A DNA stretch of 46,350 bases from an uncultured Candidatus Saccharibacteria bacterium (GCA_964371255.1 CAYJKV010000002.1:196553-242902), one strand, 5' to 3'; shown: positions 1-9,047, counted from the first letter of the stretch. Numbers and translations: made by a program. The notes: generated by a model not told the origin, from the sequence alone.

Positions 1-1163
1 ACGGCCCAAGTCCACGCTCCAAAGGCGCTCAATATGTTTAAGGCAAAAAAGACAGGCAGGATATATCTATCCCCCTTTTTCGCTCCCAGCATCATCATCA
101 CCACAAAGAAAAAGATGTACGCGGCCACCAACCACAGCGTCTTTGCTTCCTCGCTGTTAATATTATAACTCCAAGCTTCCTTCGAATTAATTGCATCATT
201 TGTCACTTTCCTTTTCCTAAGCCAGAACAGTAAAGTCATGCTTACCACGGTGGTCCCAGCTAGCCACAATGTCATCGGTGTTGAACGAGTGATAATTGTG
301 TACCAATAAAAACTGCCATTCAAAGCATACTCGCTATTCATGTTATGGGGCGTCGCCGCCGCTATGCTAAAATCTCTTTTTAAAACCAGGACGTTTCCTT
401 CAGGATTGGGTACCCACAATAAGGCCGGCCACACTATCACTACCATAATCCCAATCAGCAATAACCACGTAACGAAGTCCCTCGCTCGGTTTACCCAAAA
501 TTGCTTCTCCTGCCATTGACCCCTGCCCATAACTAGCACTACCAGTCCAAAATAAGGCAGTAAGAATACTGCCGGAGCTTTTGTTAACCCCGCCAGCGCT
601 GTCAGGAGCGCAGAGATAAACAGCCATTTGATAGAAAACCCTTGCTTGGCCCAGACCAAAATAGCCAAACCCGCTGCCATCATAAAACCTCCCAGCAAAG
701 CATCAACGTGTGTCACCCGAGAATACCCGATGATGAATGGGTCTAACGCTATCATCAGAGCCGCTAGGGCCGATACCATCCGTCTCTGGGGCCAAACTTG
801 CCGCAATAAGATATATATCACCAACACCAAAATCGCGTTGGTTATCGCCACGGGCAACTGGGTTGGTCTTATAAAATGGATCAGGTTGGCCGCCGAAAAT
901 GGGATGTGCGATCCAAGCATTTTGGCCGTCACCGTTATCCCGCCCAACCATAAAGTAGTCACGCCCGGATGCGTGGTTTGCAGCATCTCATTAAAACGCC
1001 AGTCTTTAAAAGCCCGAATAAATTCGTACGATCGACCGATCCAATTCTTCTCATCAGCCGTTAAAAACACGCCCAGGTCAATGACTCGCGGCATCATGGC
1101 CACAGCTAAAATCAACCCGGCCATGATTATCTCCCATTTTTTCTCCCTCACCAGCTGCCACAT
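1..1163 (-). CDS. GT-C fold membrane glycosyltransferase (ArnT/PMT-like, GT39/83-type). The 3' end is cut by the window edge. It is absent from the ORF track because no stop codon lies in the window.
   Basis: My own reverse-strand translation from the ATG at 1163-1161 stays open to position 1 (about 387 codons): MWQLVREKKWEIIMAGLILAVAMMPRVIDLGVFLTADEKNWIG..THPGVTTLWLGG..MLGAKKGDRYILPVFFAL. It is a clear paralog of 1864..3333 (ADEKRW, HPGITTQWLG, LGAKKGDRYLLPVFLAL) and of 12817..14949. An in-frame TAA three codons upstream of the ATG fixes the start. Confidence 0.8.
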   Translation of the reverse strand, partial: MWQLVREKKWEIIMAGLILAVAMMPRVIDLGVFLTADEKNWIGRSYEFIRAFKDWRFNEMLQTTHPGVTTLWLGGITVTAKMLGSHIPFSAANLIHFIRPTQLPVAITNAILVLVIYILLRQVWPQRRMVSALAALMIALDPFIIGYSRVTHVDALLGGFMMAAGLAILVWAKQGFSIKWLFISALLTALAGLTKAPAVFLLPYFGLVVLVMGRGQWQEKQFWVNRARDFVTWLLLIGIMVVIVWPALLWVPNPEGNVLVLKRDFSIAAATPHNMNSEYALNGSFYWYTIITRSTPMTLWLAGTTVVSMTLLFWLRKRKVTNDAINSKEAWSYNINSEEAKTLWLVAAYIFFFVVMMMLGAKKGDRYILPVFFALNILSAFGAWTWA

Positions 1164-1171
1164 ATTTACGT

Positions 1172-1200
1172 CTTATATTACATCTAATCCCTTCTGGCAA
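1172..1200 (-). promoter_or_regulatory. Sigma70-like promoter for the edge GT-C gene, with near-leaderless geometry
   Basis: On the minus strand the sequence reads TTGCCA (1200-1195), a 17 nt spacer, then TATAAG (1177-1172). Only 8 nt separate the -10 from the ATG at 1163. Confidence 0.4.
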
Positions 1201-1383
1201 CACTACACTTAGCTATCTTCCACCTTAACATTTCTCATGCTAGCTTGGCATTGCCTAGATATTTTTGCCTCTCCTTTATTGTTTACCTTGTAAAATATTC
1301 ACCTGTTTGTTTGGCTATTAGTTATATCGGCTCGACCATGGCCTCCGCTGTCACTTTGGATTTTAACCGCTACCCGCTTTGTT

Positions 1384-1809
1384 CTATTCCCCCTCTCGGC
1401 ACCTTGCTGTCCCTCCACAAATTTCATAATTACCTTCATTCGTCACTCGCCAATCAATATTATATTCTTCATCAAAACCCGACGTGGGATCCGGTTTATT
1501 TTCCAATACGCCGCTAACGTACCAGCCAGCCGCTCCTGCCTCACTGTTTGTCACTACATATTCATACTGGCCCGTGTCCCACTGGCGCGGATACGTGGCA
1601 TACTTGTTGTAGTACATCTCAAGCGAAGTTTTTAATTTTCTTAAGTCCTCCCTGACTTGTCCGTCCCTGTTTTCCCGGCGTGCATACGCGCCGCTATAAA
1701 CTATGCCAACCGCCAGCATCAACAGGGCTATACTAATAACTAAGTATTCCCACCCGGCCACACTCATGACTTCTGCGATTTTCTTCATAACGACATTAAT
1801 TGCCGCCAC
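1384..1809 (-). CDS. Type IV pilin/pseudopilin-like protein with an atypical leader
   Basis: The N-terminal hydrophobic helix is MKKIAEVMSVAGWEYLVISIALLMLAVGIV. It is followed by a GspG/pilin-like stretch, RRENRDGQVREDLRKLKTSLEMYYNKYATYP. A Cys pair near the C-terminus (CGGTARC) resembles a pilin disulfide loop. The track start at 1809 is a GTG, and the ATG at 1788 (MKKIAEV) is the more likely start. The canonical G/FTLIE cleavage motif is not present. Confidence 0.55.
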   Translation of the reverse strand: MAAINVVMKKIAEVMSVAGWEYLVISIALLMLAVGIVYSGAYARRENRDGQVREDLRKLKTSLEMYYNKYATYPRQWDTGQYEYVVTNSEAGAAGWYVSGVLENKPDPTSGFDEEYNIDWRVTNEGNYEICGGTARCREGE

Positions 1810-1863
1810 TTAATAGTCTAATTATCATTTTGTCTTTTACCGCTTTCGTTCTACTTTTCTATT

Positions 1864-3333
1864 ATGGTTAAAGCTGTCAAATATTTCCTTCTGCTTGTTC
1901 TTCTGCTGGTCATTTTCCTCCCTCGTGTTTTTGATTTGTCCGCTTTCCAAACCGCCGATGAGAAACGCTGGGTGACCAACACCGTCGGCTTCATTACTAA
2001 TCTAGCACATGGCGACTTATCGCACTTAATGCAGCAGCCGCATCCCGGCATCACTACCCAATGGTTAGGCGCTCCCACGGTTTTTTCTTCCTCTTGGACG
2101 ATTCGAAAACTTCCTCTGGTCTGCGCCCAATCAGCGCTTGTCTTAGTGATCGGTTATGTTTTTTGGCGTTTATTAGGACGTCGCGCCGCTGTTTTTATCA
2201 CAATTTTGCTAGCCCTCGACCCTCTACTGATCGCTCACACCCGTATTTACGCTATGGATTCTCTGCTTTCATTATTTTTAATCCTGTCTATTGCCTGGCT
2301 CTTCTTGTGGTCAAAAACTAATCGGCGCCGTTATCTAGTATTCGCCGCCCTGACCTCGGCCGCCGCTGTTCTCTCTAAACTTTCCGCTCTTATAATCATC
2401 CCCTTCAGTTTGCTATTAATTCTCTATTTATCTTATAGCCAGAGTGATCGCCAGCCTGCTTTGCCAAAGGCTATTCCCTGGCGACCATTGTTATTCTGGC
2501 TGGCCTTCTTTGTTATTGGCCTACCCTTGATTTTGCCCTCGCTCGCCTTTAATCCACAGCTGGTTATTACCGATATGATTGCTTGGTTTGCATCTGACGA
2601 TTATCAACTGCATCAAATAGGACCAACATACTATCTTGGTACACTATTTTTCTTTTCGACCCCCTTTCATTGGTTAGCCTTACCTTTACTGCCTCTGCTG
2701 CTTTTGAAAAAACCTTTCAGCCAGAGGTCGAAGCAAATACTAATCCTACTCGTATTTAGTCTGTTGTTCCTGCTTATGATGTCATTAGGCGCCAAAAAAG
2801 GCGACCGTTATCTCCTCCCTGTCTTTCTTGCTTTGGACATTATCTCCGGACTGACCGTTTCTTATCTTTTCGCCCAGGATTGGCGCCGTTTGTCCGTTAA
2901 GGTCTTCCGCCTTTCCGTCTTGGGCCTATTACTCCTGCAAATCTATCAAGTTTTTACTATCCACCCCCACACCTTGGCCTATGTCAATCCTCTGACCGTC
3001 TCGTACTTGGGCGAAAGACGTTTAGGCTGGGGCGAAGGGCTGGATTTAGCCGCCGCCTACCTTAACCAACTGCCTGACTCCAGTACGCTCACAGTCGCCT
3101 CATATTATCCCGCTGAATTTCAATCAAATTTTGTCGGCCAGACGGTTCCTATCCACCAGCATGATTCTCCCAGTGTCGATTACGTCGTCCTTTACCGCGC
3201 TATGTTTGAGCGCGGGCCCGAGGCTTGGGAAACAGACGTCGTTAACTATTACCGAAACCAAACGCCGATTCACATCATTTCCATTGGTGCCGTCCCCATG
3301 GCCTGGATTTTTCAGACAGTGAATCCAATTTGA
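1864..3333 (+). CDS. GT-C fold membrane glycosyltransferase (ArnT/PMT-like) with a C-terminal extracytoplasmic domain
   Basis: The 489-aa protein is multi-pass hydrophobic. Its first-loop acidic motif is TADEKRW, followed by HPGITTQWLG and KKGDRYLLP. The C-terminal GWGEGLDLAAAYLN..TVASYYP segment is shared with 12817..14949. Confidence 0.8.
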   Translation: MVKAVKYFLLLVLLLVIFLPRVFDLSAFQTADEKRWVTNTVGFITNLAHGDLSHLMQQPHPGITTQWLGAPTVFSSSWTIRKLPLVCAQSALVLVIGYVFWRLLGRRAAVFITILLALDPLLIAHTRIYAMDSLLSLFLILSIAWLFLWSKTNRRRYLVFAALTSAAAVLSKLSALIIIPFSLLLILYLSYSQSDRQPALPKAIPWRPLLFWLAFFVIGLPLILPSLAFNPQLVITDMIAWFASDDYQLHQIGPTYYLGTLFFFSTPFHWLALPLLPLLLLKKPFSQRSKQILILLVFSLLFLLMMSLGAKKGDRYLLPVFLALDIISGLTVSYLFAQDWRRLSVKVFRLSVLGLLLLQIYQVFTIHPHTLAYVNPLTVSYLGERRLGWGEGLDLAAAYLNQLPDSSTLTVASYYPAEFQSNFVGQTVPIHQHDSPSVDYVVLYRAMFERGPEAWETDVVNYYRNQTPIHIISIGAVPMAWIFQTVNPI

Positions 3334-3438
3334 CATAACAGTTCATATAGAGCATTAATAAAAGTCTGCTACCCCTTCGTACTCTGAACAATTTTGTCCA
3401 AAGCCACCGCTTAATCCCCAATCAAGGAGGCCTCTGTC

Positions 3439-4029
3439 ATGTCATCTCTGTGCATACACGTCCGTGAGATTCAAAGCGAAAAGGACATCCGGGTTATACA
3501 AGATATTTCCGCTGAAAGCGCTATAACCCCTCTTACTCGCAACGACATTGCTCAAGACAATAGTTTTGTGTTCGTCGCAGAACATAGCGAGCGGATGCTT
3601 GCCTACATGATCGTACGCCTACATAGCTGTCGTCCATTGCTGGCAGACATCGCCGTCACAACGAGCCTCCGCCGGCACGGTATTGGCTCGCAATTGTTCT
3701 CCGTCCTTTACTCACTATTGCCGCACGGACACGGTGCCAGTGTGGTAAATATCAGCCATTACCCACTAATGTTTGTGACACTAAGGGACAGGTTAGCCCA
3801 AGGCAAATATCGGTCGCTCAACCTCATGGTCAGAGACACCAATCTTGTAGCCCAAAAATTTTTCCGTCATCTTGGCTTCAAGGCCTATCCTAAGATCCAT
3901 TGGCATTATTTCCAAGACACCGGCGAGGATGGCTACTTTATGAGATTTGATCTCCAAAAACCTAAGGCGATTACTCCCGCTCTGCCTGTGAACTGCAGCG
4001 CCAGGTTCGGTTACGGACGCGGTTTATGA
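3439..4029 (+). CDS. GNAT-family N-acetyltransferase
   Basis: It carries the acetyl-CoA binding motif A, LADIAVTTSLRRHGIGSQLF (R-x-x-G-x-G). A strong SD, AAGGAGG at 3425-3431, sits 7 nt upstream of the ATG. Confidence 0.7.
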   Translation: MSSLCIHVREIQSEKDIRVIQDISAESAITPLTRNDIAQDNSFVFVAEHSERMLAYMIVRLHSCRPLLADIAVTTSLRRHGIGSQLFSVLYSLLPHGHGASVVNISHYPLMFVTLRDRLAQGKYRSLNLMVRDTNLVAQKFFRHLGFKAYPKIHWHYFQDTGEDGYFMRFDLQKPKAITPALPVNCSARFGYGRGL

Positions 4030-4040
4030 CCACAACGCCT

Positions 4041-4075
4041 ACCCCCCCTCCTATAAGTTGGGGGTTTTTCTTTTT
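4041..4075 (+). terminator. Candidate rho-independent terminator after the GNAT gene
   Basis: A CCCCC/GGGGG stem (about 4044-4048 paired with 4060-4064) has an 11 nt loop and is followed by TTTTTCTTTTT. Confidence 0.45.
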
Positions 4076-4372
4076 ACTCAACCACCCTATTGAAACCTCT
4101 CGTTTAAATCTCCGACATTTAACACCTGCCTTTGGCTCCTGGACTTCATATGTTAACCAACCTTTTTCCACACTAGGACGCGACGATAGGACCTGATCAC
4201 AACGGGTAATTACACAATTGTCCTTGTCTGGATGTCATCCCTCAGGGGATGATACCAATAATGCTTTCGATGACTCCCTGATAATTATTACTATTGTCCC
4301 AGAAAACTGGTCAATCACACTATTTTTTATGGGCTTGGTATAAGCCATAAGACAGCTTATCCACAAAATAAG

Positions 4373-4413
4373 TGTCAAAACCCTTTGACAGATTTATTAT
4401 GACTGCTAATATA
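4373..4413 (+). promoter_or_regulatory. Perfect 7 bp palindrome overlapping a TTGACA box; possible operator plus orphan promoter
   Basis: TGTCAAA (4373-4379), spacer accc, then TTTGACA (4384-4390). TTGACA at 4385-4390 is followed 17-19 nt later by the AT-rich AATATA/TATATA. No ORF follows on the plus strand. Confidence 0.3.
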
Positions 4414-4542
4414 TAAGTATCGTTCCTTATAAATCTCAGTTCTCTCTCTAGAGCCTTACCCCTCCTTTCCTCTTTTTTCTCTTCTCCTCTCCTAGGCTCT
4501 TTTCTTTTTATCTAAAATAAGTGTGCCCCTTTGGGACCGCGC

Positions 4543-4768
4543 ATTTTGCAAGAAAAACAACCCTGCCTACCGGCAGGCAGGCCCGCACTAACATGGCCGT
4601 TCTAGCACTTTTTGTATAAATAACCATTAAGTTTATTAAAGACCTTGCGCTACGCGCAGCGTAGCGCCATTAACTTCCTCGCCATGTTTAGTGCTGGGGT
4701 AAATCCATCTCCAAAATGAATTAAACCGCCGCAGGCGGTTAATGAATTTTGCAAGCCAAACAACCCTG
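4543..4768. repeat. Hairpin-rich and repeat-rich non-coding segment
   Basis: A 23 nt direct repeat, ATTTTGCAAG(AA/CC)AAACAACCCTG, occurs at 4543-4565 and 4746-4768. There are three perfect hairpins: 4562-4577 (CCTGCC tacc GGCAGG), 4647-4667 (GCGCTACGC gca GCGTAGCGC) and 4724-4740 (AACCGCC gca GGCGGTT). A long-range inverted repeat pairs 4585-4597 with 4681-4694. Confidence 0.6.
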
Positions 4769-4899
4769 TGGGTAGGTCGGCTTGCCTGCCGAGCGAAGTG
4801 GATAACATATAATTCGAGTCAGCCGCACATTTGGTCGCGCCAAAACACCGCTCAAATTATAACATTTGCGTTACTTGTTTTTGTTCTGATCTAGACGTC

Positions 4900-6363
4900 T
4901 TACTCTTTTTTCTCTATCACACAAAACCACTTCAGATTTCGGCATCTTTCTGGCATACCAGCATCATTGCATTGACCCCCTTGCTTACGATACTCAATCA
5001 AATAGTCTGCTTCATCGGCATACTCTTCTCCCTTCACTTCATAACCAACCTGGCCATGGCTTAAATAAATTAATCTGTTTCTAATATGAATATCCTCCGC
5101 ATAAACATCACCAATACCTTGAACACAAGCCAGTAAATCACTGACCTGTACTAAGTCCCTGGCGTTATTTGTCCGGTTGCCAATGGCAAATTCATTATTA
5201 CTCCCGCTTGTTTCCAGATATACCCAGCCTACTTTCCACACCATCCCCGCCGTCAATATTAGCGCCAATGCCAAGGCTATTATGCCCGGCCATCGTTTAT
5301 CTTTTAACCATTGCCTCATTAACGACCATGCGCCCCATCCTGCCATCGCCCAAAGCGACAAGGCGAGTGGCACAAAATAGCGCAGGGTAAACCGGTCGAT
5401 CATAAACATTAATGCAACTAGCTGTCCGATCGTCCCCAATAACCAAGCCCAGCTGATCGGTCGCTGCCAATTTAAAGCCCCAGCGATTATAACCAGCGTC
5501 ATTACCACGCCCGTTACAATCAGCGTGTTATTATGCTTGAGTTCCATGCCCGTATAAGCCGCCATAAATGACGAACCCGATACAATCATGGGCAACAACT
5601 GCGGTAAAGCTTGCCACCTCTCCTCCGTCATGTTAGCAACCAGCGCCGGGTCTCCCTGGTCTTCTTTCATCTTCATTATCACTAACGCTTGGCTGCTAAA
5701 GGCTAAGATAAATCCTAGAATAAAGACTACGGTGCCGATAATTAATTTTTTCCAGTTTTGTTTTACCTCATTAATTTTAGACAGTCCAATAACCATTAAC
5801 CCGATCACTATCCCCGCCGCCGCCCCCGCAAAGATAATGTGGTTACTCAACCCCAACCCCATCACCACACCCGCCCACCACCACTTAAAACGCCTCTGGC
5901 TGGTTATAATCACAATAATTAAAATTGTGAAAAACGGTATCAGTGTTATCGCCCACCCTAGCCGTTGATAAAGTATGTATATCGGCGAAAATAGTCCGGC
6001 TACGACGGCTACAACCCCCCCCTGGTCCGCACCAACTTTTTCCGCCAAGTTAACACACATCCAAAACAGGATAACTGAAGCCAACAGCATCACGACCCGT
6101 AGTGCCAGCGCGTTGTAGCCGAACAACCAAACGCCAGGCACTCGCACATAATCGATCATTGGACCGATATAAGAGCGTTCTCCAACAAATACTATTTTCC
6201 CTGCCTTCTGAAGTTCGTACACGTTTTCTCCCTCCGATCCCTCATCCCCCATCAGCCCGGGTACGTCACCCAAATATGCCGTGTTTATCATTACAAACAC
6301 TGCAAAGACGAACCATACCCACTTTGATTGTCTACGCCAGAACGTCATGATACTTAACCACAA
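4900..6363 (-). CDS. GT-C fold membrane glycosyltransferase (ArnT-like), divergent paralog
   Basis: The 487-aa protein has about 11 hydrophobic segments. Its first-loop acidic motif is GLMGDEGSEGENVYEL, and a short soluble C-terminal domain follows. The likely true start is a few codons inside the track ORF (MTFWRRQSKW). Confidence 0.6.
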   Translation of the reverse strand: MWLSIMTFWRRQSKWVWFVFAVFVMINTAYLGDVPGLMGDEGSEGENVYELQKAGKIVFVGERSYIGPMIDYVRVPGVWLFGYNALALRVVMLLASVILFWMCVNLAEKVGADQGGVVAVVAGLFSPIYILYQRLGWAITLIPFFTILIIVIITSQRRFKWWWAGVVMGLGLSNHIIFAGAAAGIVIGLMVIGLSKINEVKQNWKKLIIGTVVFILGFILAFSSQALVIMKMKEDQGDPALVANMTEERWQALPQLLPMIVSGSSFMAAYTGMELKHNNTLIVTGVVMTLVIIAGALNWQRPISWAWLLGTIGQLVALMFMIDRFTLRYFVPLALSLWAMAGWGAWSLMRQWLKDKRWPGIIALALALILTAGMVWKVGWVYLETSGSNNEFAIGNRTNNARDLVQVSDLLACVQGIGDVYAEDIHIRNRLIYLSHGQVGYEVKGEEYADEADYLIEYRKQGGQCNDAGMPERCRNLKWFCVIEKKE

Positions 6364-6412
6364 TTTTACTCCATTTATTCTTAGCTATCTAAGTCTTTTT
6401 ACGCGAATCCTT

Positions 6413-8269
6413 TCACTTTATTTGTTTCTGCCACAGTTTTAGCGCAATTAATGTCCACAATTTCTTGCGGTTGTCGGCCCGGCCTCGCTGATGCATAGCT
6501 AAAAGGTTCTCTACAACTTTTGGTTTAAACATTGCCGCCCCAGCCTGATCTTGTTTCACTAACAAATCCGTCGTCCATCCATTAAGCTCCCCCCTCAACC
6601 AATGACCTAGCGGCATCGCGAAACCTTGTTTGCGTCGATCAATAATACTATCCGGTATTCTTCCTCGCATAATTCGTCTTAATAATCGCTTGTCTTTCTT
6701 TAATTCAATTGGCAACTGCATAATAAATTCCGCCAAGTCCACATCCAAAAATGGCGTTCGAGCCTCCAGCCCGTAGGCCATCGACGCTCGATCAAGCTTA
6801 ACCAAGATATCGTTCTGCAGATAATCCTTTACAATTTGCGCCGACATAGCGTCCCACCAGTGTAAACTGCTAAAACCCTCAGCCCGCCCTATCACTGCTC
6901 GCCACGCTTCTTGGGCCAACTCCCAGTATTCTTCCGTCAGCAAACTTTTTAGCTCTTCGCCACTAAATGATCCCAGCCACGCTTGTTGCCGTTGGGGTCG
7001 CGGCCAGCCTAGACCTCGTAAAAAAGATTTAATTTTAAAATCCCACGTAAAGTAGTCATACCCGGTTGGCAAAGTCTTGCTTATATTCTCTCCAATCTGC
7101 CACCATGATCGCGGTAATGAGGGTAATTTCTCTGCCCATGCTGCGGCCTCAAAAACACCATATCCACCCAACAACTCATCACTGCCATCCCCATCCAGCA
7201 CCACCGGCAACTCCTTACTCGCCATATCACACACGGCCAGCGTGGGCAATAAGGAGGAATCTCCCAGCGGAACATCCATCTGTTCTAAACGATCGCAGTA
7301 ATATTTAAATTCTGCTATGCCAAAATCACGATGGTGGTGCCTGGTACCGAGCACGCTGGCTGCTTGCTGCGCATAACCTGCCTCGTTAAACATATTTTCC
7401 TCAAATCCGATAGAAAATGAATGTAGTTCTGTCGTATTAATACTCTTCATATACCAACCAACCGCCGTGGAGTCGATGCCGCCGCTTAACAGCAAACCAA
7501 CTGGCACGTCTGCCACCAGACGTCGCTGGACTGATTGTCTCATTAAGTGATCAAACTTTTCGGCCGCATCTTTTTCTGCGATGACTGTCTTGGGCTCAAA
7601 GCACGCCTTCCACCATTGCGTAATCTTCATTCCCCGGGCGCTAACCTTTGCCCAGCATCCCATCGGCAGCTGCCAAACGCCCTCCCACCCAGTTTCAGGC
7701 TCTGGCACATATTCATAAATCAAATAACTGATCACTGCCTTTTTACTCATCGTTAATTTGACCATTGGATGTTCTGCTAGGGCTTTAATTTCCGACGCAA
7801 ACAGCAAAATATTTTTGTCTTGCCAATAATATAGCGGCTTTTTCCCGAAAGCATCTCTCGCCAACATCACTTCTTGCTTCTCCTGGTCCCATAAAGCCAA
7901 CGCGAACATCCCCTTCAGTTCCGACAAAATATTAGGCCCTTGTCGTATTAGTAGGTTCAACAAAACCTCTGTATCGGAGGTTGATCTGAAAACAATGCCG
8001 CGACAGTACTTTTCCCTCAGCGCAGAATAGTTATAAATCTCGCCATTAAACACCAAATGGTACCGTCCATCTGGCGTTGCCATTGGCTGTGCCCCAGCCG
8101 CTGACAAATCGATTATCGATAGTCTGGCATGGCCCAATCCAGCCGCCCCCTGAACCCAAATCTTACTGTCATCCGGACCACGATGCTTGACCCTGTCCGT
8201 CATCCGCTGCAATACCTGAGCATCAACTTCCTCCCTCCGCCAATCAATGATACCTGTTATGCCGCACAT
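6413..8269 (-). CDS. Asparagine synthase (glutamine-hydrolysing) family amidotransferase
   Basis: The N-terminal MCGITG provides the Cys2 Ntn-glutaminase nucleophile. A PP-loop LLLSGGIDST is present. The 618 aa length is typical of AsnB-type enzymes. Confidence 0.85.
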   Translation of the reverse strand: MCGITGIIDWRREEVDAQVLQRMTDRVKHRGPDDSKIWVQGAAGLGHARLSIIDLSAAGAQPMATPDGRYHLVFNGEIYNYSALREKYCRGIVFRSTSDTEVLLNLLIRQGPNILSELKGMFALALWDQEKQEVMLARDAFGKKPLYYWQDKNILLFASEIKALAEHPMVKLTMSKKAVISYLIYEYVPEPETGWEGVWQLPMGCWAKVSARGMKITQWWKACFEPKTVIAEKDAAEKFDHLMRQSVQRRLVADVPVGLLLSGGIDSTAVGWYMKSINTTELHSFSIGFEENMFNEAGYAQQAASVLGTRHHHRDFGIAEFKYYCDRLEQMDVPLGDSSLLPTLAVCDMASKELPVVLDGDGSDELLGGYGVFEAAAWAEKLPSLPRSWWQIGENISKTLPTGYDYFTWDFKIKSFLRGLGWPRPQRQQAWLGSFSGEELKSLLTEEYWELAQEAWRAVIGRAEGFSSLHWWDAMSAQIVKDYLQNDILVKLDRASMAYGLEARTPFLDVDLAEFIMQLPIELKKDKRLLRRIMRGRIPDSIIDRRKQGFAMPLGHWLRGELNGWTTDLLVKQDQAGAAMFKPKVVENLLAMHQRGRADNRKKLWTLIALKLWQKQIK

Positions 8270-8285
8270 AGCCTTTTACCCCCAG

Positions 8286-9029
8286 TTAAATCCGTAATTT
8301 GTTAAACACAGTATTCGGTATAATCTTTATTGCTAACATGATCCATCGCCAAAACCACGGCGTATAAATTACAAAAATCTTCCGGTCAACAGCGCGCACT
8401 ATATCCCGCGCCACTTTTTCCGGCGCAGCCCACAACCATCCCCGCCGATCGGTCCCGTCAGTCATCGGCGTAATGACATACCCCGGCTTAATCGTAATGA
8501 CCGTTATTCCTTCCTTCGTTAACCGATGACGCATTCCCGCCGCCCAAATAGCTAAGGCGCCCTTCGCCGCACCATACACGTAAATGCTCTGCCGTCCCCG
8601 ATCACCGGCCACCGAGCTGATCACTGCTATCGTTCCTTGCCCTCGCTCCACCATCCTTTTGGCAGCCAGTTCCATAATCGCCGCGGCGCCGGTAAAGTTT
8701 GTCATAATTATTTTTTCTGCCATTGCCCATTGACGCTCTGCCACTGCCTGTTCTCCTAAATATCCCTGGGCTACCAATAAAACATCGATGCTGCCCATCT
8801 CTTTAATTACTTGCCCTATCAACCTCTCCAGATGCGTTGTTTCGCTTAAATCCAGTCCCTTGCTCCAGACCTCTGCCGCTCCCCGCACTTTTAAGTCATT
8901 AGCTACTGCCTGGGCTTTTTTTTCGTCCTTATCAACGATATATATGCGGTAACCACGGTTTGCCCATAGTCTGGCCGCTTGTGCCGCAATCGCCGATCCA
9001 CCCCCAGTAATGAGGACATTTATTGCCAT
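8286..9029 (-). CDS. dprE2: Short-chain dehydrogenase, DprE2-like (polyprenyl-phospho-2-keto-pentofuranose reductase)
   Basis: The Rossmann motif is ITGGGSAIA and the catalytic motif is YGAAKGAL. From memory, the C-terminal tail LWAAPEKVA..RWIMLAIKIIPNTVFNKLRI resembles the Rv3791 tail. The gene lies directly downstream of the DprE1-like gene. Confidence 0.7.
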   Translation of the reverse strand: MAINVLITGGGSAIAAQAARLWANRGYRIYIVDKDEKKAQAVANDLKVRGAAEVWSKGLDLSETTHLERLIGQVIKEMGSIDVLLVAQGYLGEQAVAERQWAMAEKIIMTNFTGAAAIMELAAKRMVERGQGTIAVISSVAGDRGRQSIYVYGAAKGALAIWAAGMRHRLTKEGITVITIKPGYVITPMTDGTDRRGWLWAAPEKVARDIVRAVDRKIFVIYTPWFWRWIMLAIKIIPNTVFNKLRI

Positions 9030-9047
9030 AATATAAACAAAATCACA

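Noticed and set aside
628-1212. The track ORF 628..1212 (+), 194 aa, and the short minus-strand ORFs 400..627 and 703..951.
   Set aside because: They overlap the long open minus-strand frame that encodes a clear GT-C paralog (1..1163). Their sequences have no membrane-protein or other recognisable character, so they are frame shadows.
3439-4029. The GNAT as the toxin of a GNAT/RHH toxin-antitoxin pair.
   Set aside because: No small antitoxin-like ORF lies adjacent on either side. The gene is co-oriented with and directly follows a GT-C gene, so a sugar or protein acetyltransferase role fits better.
4543-4768. Possible CRISPR array or DGR template/variable repeat pair, suggested by the repeated ATTTTGCAAG..AAACAACCCTG.
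   Set aside because: There are only two copies of 23 nt, spaced 203 bp apart, with no regular repeat-spacer periodicity. The window has no cas or reverse-transcriptase gene, and similarity does not extend beyond the 23-mer.
4806-4830. tRNA or tmRNA T-arm-like TTCGAGTC in the 4030-4899 gap.
   Set aside because: No flanking acceptor or T-stem complementarity, D-arm or CCA-proximal structure could be built around it.
5588-5968. Numerous 60-140 aa plus-strand ORFs antisense to the long minus-strand genes. Examples are 5588..5968, 13048..13446, 21701..22057, 28707..29054, 30477..30893, 33659..34000 and 38388..38777.
   Set aside because: Each lies wholly inside a minus-strand gene that has strong family motifs. 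Their translations are Pro/Ser/Arg/Cys-rich with no domain signatures, as expected for antisense frames.
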